Source: Schizochytrium sp. TIO01 (lineage: Eukaryota; Protista; Bigyra: Labyrinthulomycetes). Taken from it: a stretch of 64,000 nt of DNA. Made by a program: the position numbers and the translations under genes. The stretch is from contig SMSO01000007.1 in the NCBI GenBank assembly GCA_004764695.1, positions 248,001 through 312,000 of the forward strand. Reading direction: 5' to 3'. This document shows, one piece after another, positions 56,433 to 64,000 of this stretch; position 1 is the stretch's first letter, and each line of letters starts with the position of its first letter. The notes beneath the pieces were generated by a model that ran no database searches, was not told the DNA's origin, and was given only the letters and a program-made list of their open reading frames with translations.

Positions 56433-57300
56433 GTTCGACTGACTGTGCGAATATAAAACAAGTCCTCAGAGGTAACCAAGTGACAGTGAAAGAGACGGAG
56501 TCGGCAACGTCACACAATTGAAGATTTGAAATCGCCAGCCCTGGAGAGCCTACCTCGATTTGAAACTTTATCCGAAGTTCTTAGTCCAAAAGGTGTCGGC
56601 ACTTTGAAGGCCTTGGGAAAGGTGCTTTCGGTCATTTCAAGGCGTCACTTGGGCGTCGATGAGTTCATTTGAGCGCTTTGCATACCGCCGAAGTTCTGCT
56701 TGGGGGTAGGGTATAATTATTTTAAAGGATTCGAAAATGGTAGTACATATAAATTACTATAATTTCAGAATAGAAAGTCTGAGAAAAGGTTTATAATAAC
56801 CCCATATGTGCGGGGATACGAAGATGCTCTGAATGAGGGCAAGAACGTAAACACAGAATCACAAGTTTGGTTCCCGACGATTCTAGCAAAAATATTGAAC
56901 AAGTTAGTACCATTTTTCAACAGAAGTAATTTGTTGGTGGATAGAAATGTAGCAGTGAATGAATTTGAGTTTACGATTACACTCATAACTACTGCCATAG
57001 TACCTTGATGGAAAGTAAAAACGCGAATAACTGGTGATAGAAAGGTGAGAACTATCATTAGAGACCTGTTCGCCAAGAAATTCTGCAGCCCAGGCGAAAA
57101 TGAAAGCTTATACGTTCAACTGAGAGCCGCTACGATTTCATAGTTGCAACGTTGGAAAGGATGTCTGGGGTATATAAAACTAGTTTCACTGGGAATTTAA
57201 GTTGTACAGAAGGAATTAAGTTGTGAAAGATGCTTCAAATAGTGATTCTGAAGGACATCTGTGTTATTGCGTGTAAAGCAACACTAATATGTTGTGGACA

Positions 57301-60300
57301 TTACTTGAGGGTTGACGTTGGGAGCTGCTTTGCAGAAACGCGAAGGGTACGAGCAGACTGTCTACCATTGGGACGCATGGCATCTGGTCTACGTGGACTC
57401 CTAGATTCTGAAGGAGCCTTTGCTGACGAGGAGACTTGCTCAAGGTGCCGTCGTAACACCCCAGGGATAAACCGATCATTGTGAACTCGGTCTGATTCGA
57501 CAACTTGGTCTGGTGAAACCATAGCCAGGCGTGCTTGAAGAGAGGATTGTTGGCGCAAAGACCCAGTAGGATCATTATCATTAAGGGTATTTGGTGGAGA
57601 GTGGACTCCTACCCCTAATACCGATGGGAGGATACTAAACTCCATGTCACAATCCACCTTGAGAGGTACCATGTCCGATTTAAGAGGCTTGGTTCGGGGC
57701 TTACGAGTTGGCATCTGATCTTTATTGATTTCTTCGCTAGATGCGGAGTGATCCTTTTTAGATTTATGTTTAGGTTTACGCAATGCACCGCTAGGTGTAC
57801 TAGATATCTTCATTAGTCTTTGTGATGTCTGCGCCCAGCTGTCACGGCATAGCTTATCAGAGTCCTCTTTAATTATGCTGTTTTGACCATTAGAGACAGT
57901 GTGCTCTCTATTATTTAATGCTGGAACTGTTGTAGGCAACGACTCCGCAGAAGCAGTATTCTGATCTGGTGCGTTTGGGATTTTAGATGTTGCTGATGTG
58001 ACCGAAGTTTTCACTTTAGGAGCGGGAACACGAGGCTCAAACTCTAACAGCATTTGAGACACGGACTGTTGGCGTCCAATCAACGGTTTATCAGAGGCAA
58101 GATCATCATGGTCGCCATCATTTTCATCATCATCGAGGAATCCAGGCTGCACTTCACCTGGTTCGTCAGCTTCAACTGGTTTGGCACCGCGTGGCTCAAA
58201 GTCTAGCAGCATCTGTGATACAGACTGTTGTCTTCCAAGACCGGGAGCAGGTGCAAAGGGGCTATCTTCTTCTTCGTCATCGAAACTACCTGGTACGACA
58301 TCCAGGTCAGCAGAGCCGCTTGTAAAAGCTTGCTTGTTTCCTTGAGGCTGAAAGTCTAGCAGCATCTGTGAAACTGACTCTTGTCTTCCAAATCCTGGAG
58401 TACTTCCAAAGGGATCTTGATCGTCCGGTTCATCATCATCGAACCCGCCCGGTAGCGAAACATGTTGTTGCTTATGTTGTGATGGTTTGTTTCCTGTTGG
58501 ATTGAAGTCAAGAAGCATCTGCGACACAGATTCTTGACGTCCAAAGTCGGGGACTGAACTCGCAAAGGGATCATCATCGACCTCATTATCATAGTCCATA
58601 AATGCTTCCCGAACAATGTGTGTGTTACCTGATGATTTGCTTGACTTTCCAGGGGAAAAGTCAAGAAGCATTTGAGACACTGATTCCTGACGTCCTAGTC
58701 CTGGAGCCGATGGACCATCTCCAAATGGATCATCATTGTCATCTATGGTATCATCGTCATAGAATGTGTTTACATTGTGTGTATACTGCGAGGTCGAATT
58801 GTTTGACTGTCTTTTAGCTTCTTGCTTCTTTGCACCTCCTGGCGAAAAGTCTAATAGCATTTGCGAAACAGATTCTTGACGTCCAAGCCCTGGACTACCA
58901 AGGAAATCGTCGTCGTCAAAGCCAGTTCCTATAGGTGTCTCCTTTTCGGCTTTTGGTTTTGCCGGTTTGAAATCTAAAAGCATCTGCGATACAGACTCTT
59001 GACGTCCAAGGCCAGGGCCTGGTGAAAACGGATCGCCAAAGTCATCGTCATCGTTATCAAATTGAACCGGGTTTGCCTCCCTGTGTTGGTGTTGAGGTTT
59101 GGACGAAGGTTTCTGTGGAGAAAAGTCCAGCAGCATTTGGGAAACTGATTCTTGACGTCCGAGGCCTGGCGTTGAAGCAAACGGATCATCATCGTCATCA
59201 TCATGCAGAAAGCTGCTTTCCTTTGATGTACGATTTGATGAATTTGTCTGGGAAGTTGGCTTTTGAGGTCTGGCAGGAGTGAAGTCCAATAACATCTGCG
59301 ACACAGACTCCTGCCGCCCAAGCCCACGTGCAGAGGCAAAGGGATCATCTTCACCAAAATCATCACCAAAATCATCACCAAAATCATCACTAAAGCCATT
59401 GCTTTCGTGTTGATTTGTTTGTCTGTGTTGCTGTTGCTTTGGCGCAGCTTTAGTAGGTGTAAAGTCAAGTAACATTTGTGATACAGATTCTTGACGTCCA
59501 AGTCCACGTGCAGAAGTAAAAGGGTCATCTTCATCGAAGTCATCCCCCAAATCATCAAAGAATTCGTTCCCATATTGAGAAGTAGGATCTCTGTGTTGTT
59601 TTTGTTGTTGTTTAGACACAGCTTTTGTGGGGGAAAAGTCAAGGAGCATTTGTGAAACAGACTCTTGCCGGCCTAGCCCAGGCGCAGAGTTAAATGGGTC
59701 ATCGTCTTCAGTATCCTCTAATCCTAAGTCGAATTCGAAATTTGGACCTTGTGGTTTAGTTTGACTTCGGCTCGGTTTGGCATTAGGCGAGAAATCCAAG
59801 AGCATTTGTGATACAGACTCTTGACGCCCCAAGCCCGGAGCTCCGCCTAAGAAATCATCGTCACTATCATCCCTACTAATAGTTTTATTTGCATACAAAC
59901 GTGTGTTGCCTCCTTTTTGGGCTGCTCCTGTTGTTGGAGCGAAATCCAAAAGCATCTGAGAAACAGATTCTTGTCGGCCAATTCCTGTTGGTACGTCAAA
60001 CGGGTCGTCATCATCTGCACCATCCTCAATTGCTATTAGATCACTATCTACACCAACACTACATTCAAACGGAGAATTTGTTGCTCCCTGCGGGTCAAAG
60101 TCCAAGAGCATTTGCGACACAGACTCCTGACGACTAAAACCTACAGCAAGTCCCACTGGGGAACCAAAGGGATCCTCTGTGTCATTCGCATCATCATCAT
60201 CCGGTGTATTGATTTCTTCCCCGAATGGGTCGCCTTCTGGATGTTCTATTCCCATTTCCAACAAGGCAGACACAGTCGATGCTCTTGCTAGTTCTGGAGC

Positions 60301-63150
60301 CTTGGTTGATCTTGTCTTAATTTGCTGAGCACGTTGAGTAACTTCATCTGATGGTTGAGTGAGGCCCATTTGCTCTGATGCATTGGCCAAGGCAGTTAGA
60401 GGGTCAAACAGATTTGATCGGCTCATCCCAAATGCACTCTTCGACATCTCTCGCCTGATCGAAACTGGCCGTGACCCCGTTGATTGTGTAGATACTTGAC
60501 CTTCTAAAGGAGGTTGAGATAACTTTGAAGCAGGTTTAGCACCAATTGCTACTGAGTTGTTTGGAACAACGCCCATCTGGTCTGCGGCAGATGGTATAAT
60601 ACTACTAGCATCAAACAAGTTTGCTCTTGAAGCGCCAAAGTTGCTTTGTGACATAGTCTTGTGAAGTTTGACAGGCTTACTGAGAGATGTTGTTGCACTT
60701 AGCTGAGACCCCGCACCGGTAAGAGAGTCAGTGTCCTTAGAGAACTTTTGAGAAGAGTGCATACCCTTAGGTTTGTTATGTGTCTGGGGGGGAATGGCAG
60801 GTGAATTGTTGGGTACTACACCCATTTGATCAGCTGCTGAAGCGATGACTGAGCTTGCATCAAAAAGGTTAGCCCGAGAAGCTCCAAAGTTACTCTGAGA
60901 CATTGTTTTATGCAACTTGACAGGTTTGCTGATAGAGCTTGAATAAGTCAGACGAGAGGAGTTACTCTGCAAAGAAGAGTCATCATCATTTTGGGTTGCT
61001 GTGGTGTTTGTGCGGTTTTGAGGAGGAAATGCAGGCGAATTATTGGGTACCACACCCATTTGATCCGCTGCTGAAGGCATGACTGAGGTTGCGTCAAATA
61101 AGTTCGCACGTGATGCCCCAAAGTTGCTCTGAGACATTGTTTTATGAAGCTTGACCGGTTTACTTATTGAACTAGACGTGCTAATTTTGGACTCCACACC
61201 GCTAAGGTCACCCTCACCGCCATTTATACGGGGAGCTTTTCTGGTCTGAGGGGGAATCGCGGCTGAGTTAGCTGGGATCACACCCATCTGATCTGCTGCT
61301 GAAGGAATAATCGAACTTGCATCAAACAAATTAGCTCTTGATGCGCCAAAATTGCTCTGAGACATTGTCTTATGAAGCTTGACCGGTTTATTGATTGAAC
61401 TAGCCGCGCTAATTTTTGAGTCAGCACCAGTCAGATTACTGTTGACGCCGCTTACATGAGAGTTCTTTTTGGTTTGCGGAGGGATGGCCGCTGTGTTTGT
61501 TGGAACTACACCCATCTGTTCTGCTGCTGAGGGGATGATTGAGCTTGCATCAAATAGGTTAGCTCTTGATGCACCGAAATTGCTCTGCGACATTGTCTTC
61601 TGCAGCTTAATAGGTCTGCTTAGAGAGCTACTTGCTGCCAGTGCAGAGTCCGTTGCTTGGAGAGAGGTTTCGTTGCTGGTAGCTGTCTTGCGGCCATTCG
61701 CCGTCGCATTTACTTGGGGAGGAAGTGCTGGAGAGTTATTCGGAACCACGCCCATTTGGTCTGCAGCTGATGGTAAAATAGAACTTGCATCAAAAAGATT
61801 TGCGCGAGATGCACCAAAGTTGTTTTGTGACATTGTCTTCTGGAGCTTAATAGGTCTACTGACGGAGCTAGCCGCGCTTAAACGAGAATTTGTTGCGGAA
61901 AGAGATGCTTCATTTTGTGCATTAGATTCGTTTGACTGTGATGTTCGTTGTGGCCTCAATGCAGGGGTATTTTTTGCTACTACTCCCATTTGTTCTGCTG
62001 CAGAGGGTATGACACTTTGTGCATCAAATAAATTTGCCCGCGACGAGCCAAAATGCCCTTGCGACATCGTCTTCTGCAGCTTCACAGCTCGTGTACGAGA
62101 AGGCGTTGCTGTTAGGGAGTCAGAACCCGAAACACTTTGGCTGTTGTTGCTGTTGTTGCTGTTGTAGCCACTCTTGCTGGCGTGAGTTGACTGCTGTTGC
62201 TGGGACGAGGACCCAGAGCCCATTTGATCTGATGCTGTCATGCGGACTGTTAAAGGGTCAAATAATTGTGCACGAGACTGCGAAAAATGTGAATTTGATA
62301 GGCCTCTCTGTAAGACAACAGGAACTTTATTTTTACCACCTCGCGCAGATTTTTCTTCCGTTTGACTTCTTGAAGCTGTAGACGAAGTAGAAACAGCCGG
62401 GGCGAGACCCATCTGCTCAGATGCTGACGCAAGAACCGAGCTAGAGTCAAACAAATTTGCACGAGATGCCCCAAAAGTGCTTTGTGAAAGAGCTCGATTC
62501 AAAGCAACTGGAGGTCTTTTCTTTGAAGGGGCTGGTGTTGTTGATGATGCTTTTGAACCAGATTCATTTTTAATATGACCATGCTGCTCCGCAGCACTTG
62601 GAATAATTGTAGATGAGTCAAATAGATTTGCTCGGGATGCTCCGAATTGCCCAGTGGACATTGTTCGCTTAAGAGCAACAGGATTAGAGGACATGTTTTT
62701 GTTGTGAGATCTTGCTGAGCTGGCCCCTGATATGTTCGAGTCGTTGGAAGTCGTTGGTGTAAGCCCCCCACCGCCAAGCATTGAGTCAGCACCAGTGGAA
62801 ACTAAACTTGAAGGGTCAAACAGGTTTGATCGTGATTGTCCAAAGCCTGAGTTACTCATACCACGTTGAAGGACCACGGGTCGAGGTGGAACAGGTTTTT
62901 GCTTGGAGTTGGCCTTTGTAGAAGACACCTGAGAAGGCTCACTTCCATCCTCGGATTTGGCTTCTTCGTCAAGGTCTTCTTCTACGCAAGTCTGGCTCGA
63001 CTCGGCCACAATGTTATCTCCATTTGTGATTTCGCTAATAACACGAAGCTTGAACTTTGTTTTTGCCCATCGAGCTCTCCCAGGAGTAAACATGTTCTTT
63101 GCATCTTTTCTGATTCCTAAAGCTCCAACCTCTCCTGTTCTCTGTGACAT
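57301..63150 (-). CDS. ~1950-aa intrinsically disordered protein with two internal peptide-repeat arrays
   Basis: Single long ORF; 12 x PVKLxKTMSQSNFGASRANLFDxxSxxPSAADQMG and 14 x GLGRQESVSQMLLDFxP; first ATG at 63150. Confidence 0.9.
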   Translation of the reverse strand: MSQRTGEVGALGIRKDAKNMFTPGRARWAKTKFKLRVISEITNGDNIVAESSQTCVEEDLDEEAKSEDGSEPSQVSSTKANSKQKPVPPRPVVLQRGMSNSGFGQSRSNLFDPSSLVSTGADSMLGGGGLTPTTSNDSNISGASSARSHNKNMSSNPVALKRTMSTGQFGASRANLFDSSTIIPSAAEQHGHIKNESGSKASSTTPAPSKKRPPVALNRALSQSTFGASRANLFDSSSVLASASEQMGLAPAVSTSSTASRSQTEEKSARGGKNKVPVVLQRGLSNSHFSQSRAQLFDPLTVRMTASDQMGSGSSSQQQQSTHASKSGYNSNNSNNSQSVSGSDSLTATPSRTRAVKLQKTMSQGHFGSSRANLFDAQSVIPSAAEQMGVVAKNTPALRPQRTSQSNESNAQNEASLSATNSRLSAASSVSRPIKLQKTMSQNNFGASRANLFDASSILPSAADQMGVVPNNSPALPPQVNATANGRKTATSNETSLQATDSALAASSSLSRPIKLQKTMSQSNFGASRANLFDASSIIPSAAEQMGVVPTNTAAIPPQTKKNSHVSGVNSNLTGADSKISAASSINKPVKLHKTMSQSNFGASRANLFDASSIIPSAADQMGVIPANSAAIPPQTRKAPRINGGEGDLSGVESKISTSSSISKPVKLHKTMSQSNFGASRANLFDATSVMPSAADQMGVVPNNSPAFPPQNRTNTTATQNDDDSSLQSNSSRLTYSSSISKPVKLHKTMSQSNFGASRANLFDASSVIASAADQMGVVPNNSPAIPPQTHNKPKGMHSSQKFSKDTDSLTGAGSQLSATTSLSKPVKLHKTMSQSNFGASRANLFDASSIIPSAADQMGVVPNNSVAIGAKPASKLSQPPLEGQVSTQSTGSRPVSIRREMSKSAFGMSRSNLFDPLTALANASEQMGLTQPSDEVTQRAQQIKTRSTKAPELARASTVSALLEMGIEHPEGDPFGEEINTPDDDDANDTEDPFGSPVGLAVGFSRQESVSQMLLDFDPQGATNSPFECSVGVDSDLIAIEDGADDDDPFDVPTGIGRQESVSQMLLDFAPTTGAAQKGGNTRLYANKTISRDDSDDDFLGGAPGLGRQESVSQMLLDFSPNAKPSRSQTKPQGPNFEFDLGLEDTEDDDPFNSAPGLGRQESVSQMLLDFSPTKAVSKQQQKQHRDPTSQYGNEFFDDLGDDFDEDDPFTSARGLGRQESVSQMLLDFTPTKAAPKQQQHRQTNQHESNGFSDDFGDDFGDDFGEDDPFASARGLGRQESVSQMLLDFTPARPQKPTSQTNSSNRTSKESSFLHDDDDDDPFASTPGLGRQESVSQMLLDFSPQKPSSKPQHQHREANPVQFDNDDDDFGDPFSPGPGLGRQESVSQMLLDFKPAKPKAEKETPIGTGFDDDDFLGSPGLGRQESVSQMLLDFSPGGAKKQEAKRQSNNSTSQYTHNVNTFYDDDTIDDNDDPFGDGPSAPGLGRQESVSQMLLDFSPGKSSKSSGNTHIVREAFMDYDNEVDDDPFASSVPDFGRQESVSQMLLDFNPTGNKPSQHKQQHVSLPGGFDDDEPDDQDPFGSTPGFGRQESVSQMLLDFQPQGNKQAFTSGSADLDVVPGSFDDEEEDSPFAPAPGLGRQQSVSQMLLDFEPRGAKPVEADEPGEVQPGFLDDDENDGDHDDLASDKPLIGRQQSVSQMLLEFEPRVPAPKVKTSVTSATSKIPNAPDQNTASAESLPTTVPALNNREHTVSNGQNSIIKEDSDKLCRDSWAQTSQRLMKISSTPSGALRKPKHKSKKDHSASSEEINKDQMPTRKPRTKPLKSDMVPLKVDCDMEFSILPSVLGVGVHSPPNTLNDNDPTGSLRQQSSLQARLAMVSPDQVVESDRVHNDRFIPGVLRRHLEQVSSSAKAPSESRSPRRPDAMRPNGRQSARTLRVSAKQLPTSTLK

Positions 63151-63320
63151 TGTTAAAGAAGCATACACGCCGAACGAGTGGTCTCAGCACGTGTGTCGCC
63201 TTGGTCAGCGTCTGTAAGCTGCTGCCTTTCCTCGAGTTCTAGATGACAAAACAATTGAAGTTGAGGTCTTAGGACTAAGCAATTGTCTCTCGAGCAAAAA
63301 CAGCAGCTACACACACAGAC

Positions 63321-63324
63321 GTTG

Positions 63325-63370
<46 letters not shown>
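63321..63370. repeat. (GTT)n(GCT)n trinucleotide microsatellite
   Basis: Directly visible. Confidence 0.9.
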
Positions 63371-64000
63371 ACCACGCTGGCTGCTGCAGCAATGCCTTGC
63401 TTCTGCAGCAGCTCAGAGAGGCTCTGAAGTATACTATAATCTTCAGTGTACTTCTTCAATTTGTATTCCTGCTTCAGGAGCTACCTGCTATGGCGTATTA
63501 GAGATATTATACGTGATTATTCATAGATCCAAGCAACTCCTCTGTGTCAGCACTCGTCATATGTGTGTGCAGCTCATGAGTATATAGCACTCATACCTGT
63601 TCGGGCATTCTGATAAGCACGCACTCTTCGCAATACTGATGCAGGCGTAAAGTACACACTTTGTTGCTAATAGTGTTCTATTTTTGTAAGTGTTAAATCA
63701 ACAGATAGTTATTCGCATTCGTTGGTACTTTCCCCCTATTTATTTCTATTCAATATTCGTTTATTTATTGTATTTTTTTGTTTCCAAAACACAGGACAAA
63801 ACTTAATAATAGGGAAGCGTACACAAAGCTGAGCTAGTTGCTGTCTCTCTGAAAAGAAGCGGAGGACAATACTTCAAAACTTATAGTTTTGGGTCGAGAC
63901 GCTTGCTGGTACTCTCTTTTAGGGTGGAGCAAGGCCTAGCTAATTTCTAGAAACGATTCTTCACCACGAGGCTTACAACATGCCGCGCTGCCGTTTAATC

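Noticed and set aside
57301-63150. Regularly spaced DNA repeats resembling a CRISPR array
   Set aside because: The repeats are in-frame peptide repeats with synonymous variation inside one long ORF; no cas genes; eukaryotic context

Overview
Eukaryotic, intron-poor genomic DNA. Gene content, microsatellite-rich intergenic DNA and TTAGGG-type motifs suggest a thraustochytrid/labyrinthulomycete-like protist (inference only). About 15 intact protein genes are present: an EcKinase/APH-like phosphotransferase, a myristoylated dual-specificity phosphatase, an RNI-like LRR protein, an F-box/LRR protein, an acidic nuclear protein, a TrmA-type m5U methyltransferase, a secreted SPRY/PA protein, an M14 carboxypeptidase, a CNBD ion channel, RPL34, an ABC1/ADCK kinase, a Ser-rich coiled-coil protein and a ~1950-aa short-linear-motif repeat protein. 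The standout is a compact ~5 kb island at ~35.0-40.1 kb. It encodes a coiled-coil + PD-(D/E)xK nuclease + Cys/His cluster + kinase protein, the architecture of fungal Spok meiotic drivers and Crinkler REase-kinase effectors. This gene converges on a Fic-domain gene whose catalytic His is replaced by Lys, across a perfect 20-bp palindromic bidirectional poly(A) signal, and a spliced orphan gene follows. The island is a candidate toxin-antidote or selfish element. No rRNA, tRNA or CRISPR array was recognised. All domain calls come from motif recognition by eye; no searches were run.
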